Source of the DNA: Syntrophomonadaceae bacterium
GTDB lineage: Bacteria; Bacillota; Dethiobacteria; DTU022
Reading direction: 5' to 3'
NCBI GenBank assembly: GCA_007131435.1
Contig: SLQM01000085.1
Coordinates: forward strand, 1 to 34,750
Length of the DNA: 34,750 nucleotides
In this document: positions 1-8,100 of the stretch, piece by piece
Position numbering within the stretch: the first letter of the stretch is position 1
How the letters are laid out: the number at the start of each line of letters is the position of its first letter
Program-made: the position numbers and the translations under genes
The notes under the pieces: model-generated
What the model saw: only the letters and a program-made list of their open reading frames with translations
The model's database searches: none
Told to the model about the DNA's origin: nothing

Positions 1-60
1 TTCAATTAATATTTCATTTTTACCTTCACTGATATTAGTTACAGACATTAATACTTTCAC
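1..60 (-). CDS. glutamate formimidoyltransferase, first ~20 codons only (gene runs off the left window edge)
   Basis: The minus-strand frame from GTG at 60-58 (in-frame ATG at 48-46) reads (M)KVLMSVTNISEGKNEILIE and stays open to position 1. TNISEGK resembles the conserved N-terminal PNFSEGR motif of formimidoyltransferases. An AGAGGTG SD lies at 67-73, 6 nt upstream of the GTG. The gene sits directly downstream of the cyclodeaminase, hutI and hutU genes. Only 20 residues are visible, so the call is tentative. Confidence 0.4.
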   Translation of the reverse strand, partial: MKVLMSVTNISEGKNEILIE

Positions 61-115
61 TTACAGCACCTCTTTCGTAAACTGCTCATAAACCTTATTC
101 CAGGTGTTAATTAAA

Positions 116-679
116 TTAGAGATCCTTTTTTAATTCCTTAAAGAGATCCTCAAGCTGCTGCAGAACAGCCCGGTCCTTAATAGAAGAAAGATTAATCTCT
201 ATATTAGCCAGGCAGCCTTTCAGGCCTGTTTCAGCCAGGCCCAGGGCCACCTTAAGATCAGAAGCAGCAGCCGGGTTGGAACTGCCATCGAGCATCTTAG
301 CCAAATCAAGCGCGCGCCTGCATTTATCTGCGTTTTCAGCAGGAACCCTGGCGGCGGTGACAAAAGCCTTTTCAATCATTTCAGCCCGCTTAGCTTTTTC
401 AGCATCGCTATTTTTAGGAAGTCCGTACGCTTCTTTAACCAGGGCAAAGGCTTCAATGTCTTCTGCTGCTCCTTTTAACAGGAGATCTTTTAAATTTTCG
501 GCTTCGGCCGCAACCTTCTCCTGCTTTTCAAAGGGCAACCCATACTCTTTTTTCAGGGACAGTTTAGCAACCATGGCAACCAGGGCAGAAGCCATTGCCC
601 CGGCCAGGGCGGCAGCAGAACCGCCTCCGGTTGTAAAATCTTCTGAATCAAGAACTTTATTAAAGGCTTTGTTGTCCAT
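116..679 (-). CDS. formiminotetrahydrofolate cyclodeaminase (FtcD C-terminal domain / FchA-like)
   Basis: The translation is an all-helical, Ala-rich protein with TGGGSAAALAGAMASALVAMVAKLS near the N-terminus, typical of the cyclodeaminase family. The ORF track starts at a TTG at 709 that overlaps the hutI stop. I prefer the ATG at 679 (MDNKAF...) because an AAAGGAA SD lies 7 nt upstream of it. Confidence 0.85.
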   Translation of the reverse strand: MDNKAFNKVLDSEDFTTGGGSAAALAGAMASALVAMVAKLSLKKEYGLPFEKQEKVAAEAENLKDLLLKGAAEDIEAFALVKEAYGLPKNSDAEKAKRAEMIEKAFVTAARVPAENADKCRRALDLAKMLDGSSNPAAASDLKVALGLAETGLKGCLANIEINLSSIKDRAVLQQLEDLFKELKKDL

Positions 680-705
680 TAAACCATTCCTTTCTGAACT
701 GACAG

Positions 706-1959
706 TCAATCCTGGCCGGTCAGGTGATCAATTACCAGCTTTCCTTTTTTAATCACTTTTTCAACCACGTTGCCGCCCAGCCTGTACACAAGATGCTCAT
801 GACTGGGGATATCCCATACCTGGATATCGGCATATTTCCCCACGGTAAGCGAGCCATAATCTTTAGCCAGGCCCAGGGCAGCCGCGCCGCCAAGGGTAGC
901 AGCAATCAGCGCTTCAGCCGGGCTCATCTTGTAAAGACGGCAGGCAAGCGCTAAAACAAACTGCATGGATTCTGTCCAGCACCCGGGGCAAAGATTGGTA
1001 GCCAGCGCTATGGGCAGGTTTTCTGCTTTCATGGCCAGGTAATCAAAAGGCCTGGGGTGCTGTACGGCAAAATCAAGGGCGGGCATCAAAACCCCGACAA
1101 CTCCTGCTGCTGCCATTTTCTTCATCGCCGGAACAGGGGTGTAGTTCAAATGATCGGCAGAAACCATTTTCATTTCTGCCGCCAGGTCTGAACCGCCTAT
1201 GTATGAGTAAGCATCGGTGTGAATTTTGGGCTCCAACCCGTAGTCCTGACCGGCTTTCAAAATCATTTCCGATTCTTTTGCCGAGTAATGACCGTCATCG
1301 CACCAGATATCACAAAACCGGGCCAGGCCAAGCTCAGCAACCCGGGGGACCATCTCTTTAATTAAAAGTTCTATATAGCGTTCCCGGGGCAGATCGTCAG
1401 GCCAGCCATGGGCTCCCAGGAAGGTAGATATGATATCAACCGGGGAGTTTCTATCCAAAAGCTTGTTGACTTTCAGGATTTTGATTTCAGATTCAGGAGA
1501 AAGGCCATATCCGCTCTTGCTTTCCACCGTGGTAGTTCCGGCGGCGAGCATCCTGTTTAACCTTGCCTCTGCTGCCAGGTAAAGCTCTTCTTCAGAGGCA
1601 TTCCTGGTCTGCCCGACAGTAACTGCAATTCCCGTCTTTATACCCTTTCTTTCCAGTTCATCCGGATCATCTGTTGTCAGACGCGCTGCATATTCTTCCA
1701 CCCTTGATCCACCGAACACCAGGTGTGTGTGACAGTCTATAAATCCTGGGGCAACTACTTTGCCGGCAGTGTCAATCACCCTGGTTATTTCCCGGTCAAC
1801 AAGAGGGGAAACATCCCCTTCCTGCCCCAGGGCAATGATCCGCTCATCCCTGGCTGCAAGCCAACCCTGGCTGGTTACAGTTAGCGTTTTTCCATTTTCT
1901 GACCCGGTTACCAGTTCTGCCGCGTTTGCCAGGACAAGATCAGCCGCTTCCCTGTTCAT
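706..1959 (-). CDS. hutI: imidazolonepropionase
   Basis: 417-aa amidohydrolase-fold protein with the metal-binding GFIDCHTHLVFGGSR motif and HTDAY / SADHL motifs. It lies between hutU and the cyclodeaminase. An AAGGAG SD precedes the ATG. Confidence 0.95.
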   Translation of the reverse strand: MNREAADLVLANAAELVTGSENGKTLTVTSQGWLAARDERIIALGQEGDVSPLVDREITRVIDTAGKVVAPGFIDCHTHLVFGGSRVEEYAARLTTDDPDELERKGIKTGIAVTVGQTRNASEEELYLAAEARLNRMLAAGTTTVESKSGYGLSPESEIKILKVNKLLDRNSPVDIISTFLGAHGWPDDLPRERYIELLIKEMVPRVAELGLARFCDIWCDDGHYSAKESEMILKAGQDYGLEPKIHTDAYSYIGGSDLAAEMKMVSADHLNYTPVPAMKKMAAAGVVGVLMPALDFAVQHPRPFDYLAMKAENLPIALATNLCPGCWTESMQFVLALACRLYKMSPAEALIAATLGGAAALGLAKDYGSLTVGKYADIQVWDIPSHEHLVYRLGGNVVEKVIKKGKLVIDHLTGQD

Positions 1960-2013
1960 CTGTAATGTACTCCTTTACCTGTTTATTGTAATTGCTAATT
2001 CCTTGTGCTGCTA

Positions 2014-3714
2014 TTAAAGGTCTTCAGGGCCAAAAGTTGCCTGCGGTGTCCACCAGAGGGGAACCTTGATACTTTCGCCGGTAAGCTTACCCCTGCCTTC
2101 GGCAACATCTTTGGCGGTTTGGTATCCAGCCTGGGCGTGGCGCACAACGCCAATACCAGAGTCAACAGTCATACAGGCTGAAAGGCGCAGGTCGGCTTCA
2201 TCAGTGCCATCTGCGATCATCGTTACCCCTGTATGCACTGCTTCGCCCATCGAATAATTGGCCTGGATGGCAATTAAATCACACATACTGATTGCATTTA
2301 AGAGTCCGTTCAACATTGGCCAGTCAGATATCAGGTCGCTGCCGTCGGGCATGTTTTCCGATTCAAAAGTCGGGTTCACGATGGAGCCTGAATCCAGGTT
2401 GTCCCTGGAAAAGGCTACCGGGCCCTTAACTTCTCCCGTTCTGATAAGAGCATTAACAGCCAGGGCAAAGCGCTTACGCTGGCCAAAACCGAGGTAACAG
2501 ATGCGGGCCGGCAGGGCTTCGATGGGGATGTATTTGCGGGCCAGTTCAATCCACCTGGTTACCAGCAGGTCATCTTTAAACATATCAAGGCAAAGCTGAT
2601 CAAGGCGGGCCAGGTCTTCGGCCGCCCCAGATATGCAGGTCCAGCGGAAGGGGCCCCGTCCCTCGCAAAACAGGGGTCGGATATATTCTGCAACAAAACC
2701 CGGGATAGTCATTGCCTCTTTTTCCGGCATTCCACCGTCGCGGCATTCTTTGCGGATGCTGGTGCCGTATTCAAAAGTGGGCACACCAAGTTCAAAATAC
2801 CGGTTCATTGCCCTTAGCTGGCGAATCATTGTTGCCCTGGCTTTTTCCAGGTAAAGGTCGCGGTCCTCTTTCCTTAGCTGATCTGCTTCCTGCGGACTAT
2901 ACCCAGAAGGAATATAGGAGAAGGGATCGTGGCAGGGACACATTTCTGTTAAAATATCCGGCCTGAAATCTTTAGCAAGGGCTTCTTCGAAAACATCAGC
3001 AGCGTTGCCCACAATTCCAATACCGATCGGTTTTTCTTGACCGGCATATTCCCTTGCCAGCCCAATTGCATCGTCGAGGGATTCAACCATGACATCGATA
3101 AACCTTTTCTTGATCCGTCTTTCAATGATCTTTCTGTTCGCATCGCAGAGAATGGCAACGCCGCCGTGCATGGTCATCGCCCTGGTTTGGTTACCGCCCA
3201 TCCCGCCGGCGCCGGCGGTTAGCAGGATTTTACCAGCCAGTGAATCTTTATAGCATTTACGCGCCACGGCAGAAAGGGTTTCAAAAGTGCCCTGGATTAC
3301 ACCCTGGGTGCCGATATATTCCCAGGGGGCAGCAGTATACTGGGCAAACATGGTCAGGTTTTTATCCTGCAGGTCGTAGAAGGTAGGCCAATCGGCTTTC
3401 ATAATGTTAGTAGTTGCCATTACGACTGTGGGTGCCAGGCGGTGGGTCTTGAATACCGCTACCGGCATACCGGACTGCATGACCAGTGTTTCGTCATCTT
3501 CGAGATCTTTAAGTGTTTTTACTATGGCGTGATAGGATTCCCAGTTACGGGCGCATTTGCCAAAGCCGCCGTAAATAACAAGTTCCTCGGGCTTTTCTGC
3601 ATTTTCCATGTTATTTTCCAGCATGCGCAGGATTGTTTCCTGTTTCCAGCCCTTGCAGCGCAGGTTTGCCCCCCGCTCTGCCCTGACAGAATAATAAATT
3701 TCCGGTTTTGACAT
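2014..3714 (-). CDS. hutU: urocanate hydratase
   Basis: 566 aa. The N-terminus (RAERGANLRCKGWKQE...NNMENAE.PEELVIYGG.GK.ARNW) and GMGGNQ / TAGAGGMGG segments are characteristic of urocanase. An AGGAGG SD lies 8 nt upstream of the ATG. Confidence 0.97.
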   Translation of the reverse strand: MSKPEIYYSVRAERGANLRCKGWKQETILRMLENNMENAEKPEELVIYGGFGKCARNWESYHAIVKTLKDLEDDETLVMQSGMPVAVFKTHRLAPTVVMATTNIMKADWPTFYDLQDKNLTMFAQYTAAPWEYIGTQGVIQGTFETLSAVARKCYKDSLAGKILLTAGAGGMGGNQTRAMTMHGGVAILCDANRKIIERRIKKRFIDVMVESLDDAIGLAREYAGQEKPIGIGIVGNAADVFEEALAKDFRPDILTEMCPCHDPFSYIPSGYSPQEADQLRKEDRDLYLEKARATMIRQLRAMNRYFELGVPTFEYGTSIRKECRDGGMPEKEAMTIPGFVAEYIRPLFCEGRGPFRWTCISGAAEDLARLDQLCLDMFKDDLLVTRWIELARKYIPIEALPARICYLGFGQRKRFALAVNALIRTGEVKGPVAFSRDNLDSGSIVNPTFESENMPDGSDLISDWPMLNGLLNAISMCDLIAIQANYSMGEAVHTGVTMIADGTDEADLRLSACMTVDSGIGVVRHAQAGYQTAKDVAEGRGKLTGESIKVPLWWTPQATFGPEDL

Positions 3715-3740
3715 TTTAGCATCCTCCTTTTGTTATCCTT

Positions 3741-3749
3741 TTTATAACA
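3741..3749 (-). promoter_or_regulatory. candidate extended -10 element (TGTTATAAA on the minus strand) for the hut operon
   Basis: The reverse complement of 3741-3749 is TGTTATAAA, about 27 nt upstream of the hutU ATG and just upstream of its SD. No convincing -35 was seen. Confidence 0.25.
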
Positions 3750-3876
3750 TAATTAGCTGAAAAAAAGATCCCTTTCGTATTTATTAGCCCCTTAATTCCC
3801 TGGACTCAAGATCTTTAATGAAGGAATAACGTTTAGAATATAGAAAAGATAGCCATTGACAATTCAATAAAACGGG

Positions 3877-5010
3877 ATGGGAGATGATCTGGTGGAACAG
3901 GAAATCAGGGAATACGCTCTAGATGTCGGTTTTGATGATGTAGGTTACACCACGGCTGAACCTTTTCCCCAGCTAACAGAAGCGCTTGATGAAAGGCGCA
4001 GCGGTTACAGCTGGGTAAGCGAGGGTCTGCTGCAAATTGGTTCCGTGGCAGATCCCCGCTTTGTGCTCCCCTCTGCCAGGTCAATAGTTATCCTGATCTA
4101 TGACTATTATAAACAGGCTTACCCAGCGCAGCTTGAAGGCTCTGTCGGCAAGGCTTATCAATCACGGCTCTATCCCGGGAAGAAACGCCTTTTCGGCAGC
4201 AGGCTGCGCCTGATCAGGGAATTCCTGCAGGAGAAGGGAATGGAAGTAGGCTTCAGGCCCGCCATGCCGGAACGGCAGGCTGCAGTAAGGGCCGGTGTCG
4301 GTCAGTTCGGCTGCAACACTTTCGTTTACTCTCCCGGGCGGGGCAGCTATATCGCTATCGCTTCCCTGGCAGTCAGCGGGGAACTTGAACCCCAATCCAG
4401 CTCACCTCCTTCTGCCTGCAAAGATAGCTGCAACAAGTGTATTGAAGCCTGCCCAACCGGGGCACTGTACGCTCCATTTAAAATGGACCCCCTGCGCTGC
4501 ATTGCATTTAATACCTACGCCCCGGGAAATTTTCCCGGCACACCCGATGATATCCCTTACAATATCCGCGAAAAGATGGGCAGCTGGATCTATGGCTGCG
4601 ATATCTGCCAGGATGCCTGCCCGCATAACAGTAAGCGGTTAAAACAAAAACTTGTTCCAGACGCTTTCCTGGAAGAAATGGCCCCAAAACTGGCTCCGCA
4701 AAAACTGCTGACCATGAGCGATCTATATTACCACAGCATTGTCCAGCCTATTCTCTACGGCTACATGTGGGAGAAAAAATTCCTGCAGCGAAATGCAGCC
4801 ATAGCGCTTGGCAATGAAGGCGATCCTGATGCGGTTGACCTTTTAATTTCAGCCCTTGAAGACCCGCAGGACATGGTCCGCTCTTACTCGGCCTGGGCCC
4901 TGGGACGGATCGGCGGGAGAAAAAGTAATTTTGCGCTTGAAAAAGCACTAGCCGGGGAAGAAGAAGAAAAGGTTAAAGAAGAAATCAGATCTGCCCTGGA
5001 AAATAGCTGA
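3877..5010 (+). CDS. queG: epoxyqueuosine reductase-like Fe-S protein (QueG family) with C-terminal HEAT repeats
   Basis: Two ferredoxin-type Cys motifs (CKDSCNKCIEACPTGA and YGCDICQDACPHN) are separated by DPLRCIAFNTY, as in QueG. The C-terminus has HEAT/PBS-lyase-like repeats (RNAAIALGNEGDPDAVDLLISALEDPQDMVRSYSAWALGRIG). The SD is weak, so the exact start is uncertain. Confidence 0.75.
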   Translation: MGDDLVEQEIREYALDVGFDDVGYTTAEPFPQLTEALDERRSGYSWVSEGLLQIGSVADPRFVLPSARSIVILIYDYYKQAYPAQLEGSVGKAYQSRLYPGKKRLFGSRLRLIREFLQEKGMEVGFRPAMPERQAAVRAGVGQFGCNTFVYSPGRGSYIAIASLAVSGELEPQSSSPPSACKDSCNKCIEACPTGALYAPFKMDPLRCIAFNTYAPGNFPGTPDDIPYNIREKMGSWIYGCDICQDACPHNSKRLKQKLVPDAFLEEMAPKLAPQKLLTMSDLYYHSIVQPILYGYMWEKKFLQRNAAIALGNEGDPDAVDLLISALEDPQDMVRSYSAWALGRIGGRKSNFALEKALAGEEEEKVKEEIRSALENS

Positions 5011-5104
5011 AAAGAGCTGTGAACAGCTAAAAACAGCTTGTTTTAAGCTTTAGATATGATAACATGATAAAAAATGACTATTAAGAAAAATAGGCGGTGT
5101 TAAT

Positions 5105-6277
5105 ATGGCTGAATTAAAGGCAATTGAAGAAAAACTAAGGGAAGAAAAAAATACCCTGGTTGAGATGGCCCGGGCTATCTATAAAAACCCGGAGCCCGGG
5201 GGAAAGGAATTCTTTGCCGCTGACCTGATTACCGGCTACCTGGAGGAAAAGGGGTTTAAGGTATGGCGGGGAATTGGAGGCCTAAAAACCGCCTTTATGG
5301 CCAGTTATGGAAATGAAGGCTTCCATATTGGGTATTGCTCGGAATATGATGCATTACCGGAAATTGGCCACGGCTGTGGGCATAACCTGATCGGTATTGC
5401 AGGAGTTGCTGCAGGCGTAGCCCTGGCCGCCAGTCTCAATGATATGCCCGGGCAGGTTTCAATTATCGGCACGCCCAACGAAGAAGATGAAGGGGCCAAG
5501 GTATACCTGGTTAAGGCAGGTGTTTTTGATCATGTAGATGCTGCCATGATGTTCCACCCCGGATGTTCAAATTGCTACCATGTTGAATCGCTGGCCTGCC
5601 GTGATTACAGGTTTGTGTTTAAAGGCCACAGTGTTCATGCTTCTACCGAACCATGGGAAGGAAGAAATGCGCTGGATGGTGTTATTCAAACCTTTAACAG
5701 CATCAACGCCTTAAGACAGCACCTGAAAGATGATGTCCGCATTCACGGCATAATATCAGAAGGAGGGCTCGCGCCCAATGTAATTCCAGATCGGGCCGCG
5801 GCCGATTTCATTATCAGGGCCCGCGACAGCTACTACCTGCAAGAAGTTGTTGAAAAGGTGGTAGCCTGTGCCAGGGGTGCAGAAGCTGCCACCGGCACCA
5901 CCCTTGAAGTAACTGAGTCAGGCCACCCCTACGATGCCATGATCAGCAATAAAACAATGGCAGACATATTCGCAGAAAGCCTCAGGGAAACCGGATACAA
6001 CCTGGAGTCGCCTCATGGTACGGGGCTTGATTCAATGGATATGGGTAATGTTAGCAGGGTGACACCATCAATTCACCCCATGGTAGCTATTACCAACCAA
6101 TGGATACCGGGCCACACTCATGAATTCAGCACGCTCTGCAACAGTGATGAAGCATACCATATTATGCTTAACGTGGGCCAGGCGATGGCGATAACAGGCC
6201 ATAAAATCCTCAAAGACAGGGAGCTGCAGAAGACTATTCTCAAAGAGTTTTCAGAATCAATAAAAAGCAGTTTTTAA
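5105..6277 (+). CDS. M20 family metallo-hydrolase (AbgB / amidohydrolase-like)
   Basis: 390 aa with EYDALPEIGHGCGHNLIG and GTPNEEDEG metal-ligand motifs plus an inserted dimerisation-type domain, all typical of M20 amidohydrolases. Confidence 0.85.
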   Translation: MAELKAIEEKLREEKNTLVEMARAIYKNPEPGGKEFFAADLITGYLEEKGFKVWRGIGGLKTAFMASYGNEGFHIGYCSEYDALPEIGHGCGHNLIGIAGVAAGVALAASLNDMPGQVSIIGTPNEEDEGAKVYLVKAGVFDHVDAAMMFHPGCSNCYHVESLACRDYRFVFKGHSVHASTEPWEGRNALDGVIQTFNSINALRQHLKDDVRIHGIISEGGLAPNVIPDRAAADFIIRARDSYYLQEVVEKVVACARGAEAATGTTLEVTESGHPYDAMISNKTMADIFAESLRETGYNLESPHGTGLDSMDMGNVSRVTPSIHPMVAITNQWIPGHTHEFSTLCNSDEAYHIMLNVGQAMAITGHKILKDRELQKTILKEFSESIKSSF

Positions 6278-6336
6278 TACGGTAAAGCCTTATTAAAAAG
6301 TGTTTATCCCTGGCCATGAAAGGTTGTTGTCAATAA

Positions 6337-7221
6337 ATGCTTACAGGCATCTACGCTCCCATTCCAACCCCCTTCGGAGCAGATAGTGAAATTGACTGGA
6401 GCTCTTTCCGGGAAAATTTGCAGTGGTGGGGCAAGAGCTCCCTGCATGGTTTGGCTGTGGCAGGCACTAACGGGGAAGCTGTTTTACTTGATGAGGTTGA
6501 AAAAGCGAGGGCTTTTTCATTCGTCCGTGAAAACGTGCCTTCAAAGATGAAAGTAATTGCAGGTACAGGCTGCGAGTCAGCCAGGGCTACTGAGCGCCTG
6601 AATAAGGCTGCAGCCACAAGCGGGTGCGATGCTGTGCTGGTGATAAACCCCAGCTATTTCAAGGGCAGCCTGGATGATGATACTCTTTATTACTATTTTA
6701 TTCATGTTGCTGAAAACTCTACCCTGCCTGTAATTCTCTACAATATGCCGCGCAATACTGCCCTGAACATGAGCGCTTCCCTGGTCACCAGGCTCTCAGC
6801 GCACCCAAACATAGCCGGTATTAAGGATAGCTCAGGCAACATTGTCCAGATTGGAGAAATTGCTGATAAAAGTGCAAAGGGGTTTGCCGTATTCGCCGGT
6901 TCTGCTAACTTTTTGCTGCCATCCCTGGTCCTGGGGGCAGCAGGAGGAACCCTGGCCCTGGCCAATATCATGCCTGGGGAATGCGTGGAGATCCAGAAAT
7001 TATACGAAGCAGGCTGCCTGGATGATGCCAGGAAACTGCAAATGAAGCTGCTGGAAATTAATAATATGGTAACGGCGCTGTGGGGTGTTGCAGGCTTAAA
7101 AGCGGCCATGGATCTTATGGGACTGTACGGCGGACCGCCAAGGCTGCCGCTCTTGCCTCTTGATAAACAAAAAAGAGAAAGCCTGCAGCTGATGCTGCAG
7201 AGCCTTCAAGTCATCAAATAA
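6337..7221 (+). CDS. dihydrodipicolinate synthase family class I aldolase (DapA/HOGA-like; substrate unknown)
   Basis: 294 aa with the AGTNGEA, ILYNMP (catalytic Tyr) and AGIKDSSG (Schiff-base Lys) motifs of the DapA/NAL family. Confidence 0.85.
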   Translation: MLTGIYAPIPTPFGADSEIDWSSFRENLQWWGKSSLHGLAVAGTNGEAVLLDEVEKARAFSFVRENVPSKMKVIAGTGCESARATERLNKAAATSGCDAVLVINPSYFKGSLDDDTLYYYFIHVAENSTLPVILYNMPRNTALNMSASLVTRLSAHPNIAGIKDSSGNIVQIGEIADKSAKGFAVFAGSANFLLPSLVLGAAGGTLALANIMPGECVEIQKLYEAGCLDDARKLQMKLLEINNMVTALWGVAGLKAAMDLMGLYGGPPRLPLLPLDKQKRESLQLMLQSLQVIK

Positions 7222-7244
7222 GTTAGTTTAAGAGGAGGATAAAA

Positions 7245-8072
7245 ATGCTAATTGGTTATTACAGGCTTGGCCGGCCGATAAATGCCCTGGCAGGTTGCCT
7301 GCTGGTTATTCTAAGCGCTTATGTTGCCGAACCTCCCTCCTGGTGGCCGGTATTAATGGCTGCAGTTACAGTGCTGCTGATCACGGTGTCTACCAACGCC
7401 TGGAATGATTACGTGGATATTGAAATAGATAAAGTTAACAAACCGGACCGGCCCTTACCTTCGGGCCAGGTTACCCGAAACAGCGCTCTTATATTTTCAA
7501 TAGTCGGCACTTTCCTCTCTCTTGTGGCTGCCTTTTTTATTAATCAACCGGCTTTAATAATTGCTGTTGCATCTAATATCCTGCTCTATCTGTATTCCTG
7601 GAAACTTAAATGTTCCGTGTTGTGGGGCAACATTGCAGTAGCCCTTATTACAGCCCTCTGTGTAATATTTGGCGGTGTAGCAGCAGGAAATATTATACCG
7701 GTCATCACACTTTCCCTGGCAGTCTTTTTTGCCATCCTGGGCAGGGAAATCCTTAAAACGATGGCTGATTACCGGGGAGATTTTGAACAAAACTGTAAAA
7801 CCATAGCCGTAGCCTGGGGCAAAAAAAAAGCGCGGACTTATGTTTTAATTTTCCTGGGAATTGCCATATTAATCATTATTGCTATCTACTTTATTGAACA
7901 GTACAAACCTGCCTACCTGTTTATTTCACTCTTTTTAGTCTGCCCGGTATTGATCTATGTAGCCATAAATTCCAGGGAAACAATGTCTGACAGGGATCTT
8001 GAAAAATCAAGCCTGATAATGAAATACGGTTTTTTTATCTGGTTTTTGGCTGTTGCCTTAGGCGCCGGATAA
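7245..8072 (+). CDS. UbiA-family aromatic/polyprenyl prenyltransferase (DGGGP-synthase-like membrane protein)
   Basis: 275 aa and multi-TM. The first Asp-rich motif is NAWNDYVDIEIDKVNKPDRPLPSG and the second is MADYRGD. A GAGGAGG SD lies at 7232-7238. Confidence 0.85.
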   Translation: MLIGYYRLGRPINALAGCLLVILSAYVAEPPSWWPVLMAAVTVLLITVSTNAWNDYVDIEIDKVNKPDRPLPSGQVTRNSALIFSIVGTFLSLVAAFFINQPALIIAVASNILLYLYSWKLKCSVLWGNIAVALITALCVIFGGVAAGNIIPVITLSLAVFFAILGREILKTMADYRGDFEQNCKTIAVAWGKKKARTYVLIFLGIAILIIIAIYFIEQYKPAYLFISLFLVCPVLIYVAINSRETMSDRDLEKSSLIMKYGFFIWFLAVALGAG

Positions 8073-8100
8073 CCAGCTATCTGTTAGAGGCTAATACAGG

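Noticed and set aside
276-752. 158-aa plus-strand ORF antisense to the cyclodeaminase gene
   Set aside because: It is an Ala/Ser-rich mirror of an Ala-rich gene on the other strand, and it overlaps two well-supported minus-strand genes. It is most likely a spurious shadow ORF.
5011-5104. Short AGCTG-TGAA-CAGCT hairpin and ACAGCT direct repeat after queG, as a possible terminator
   Set aside because: The stem is only 5 bp and no T-run follows, which is too weak to call.
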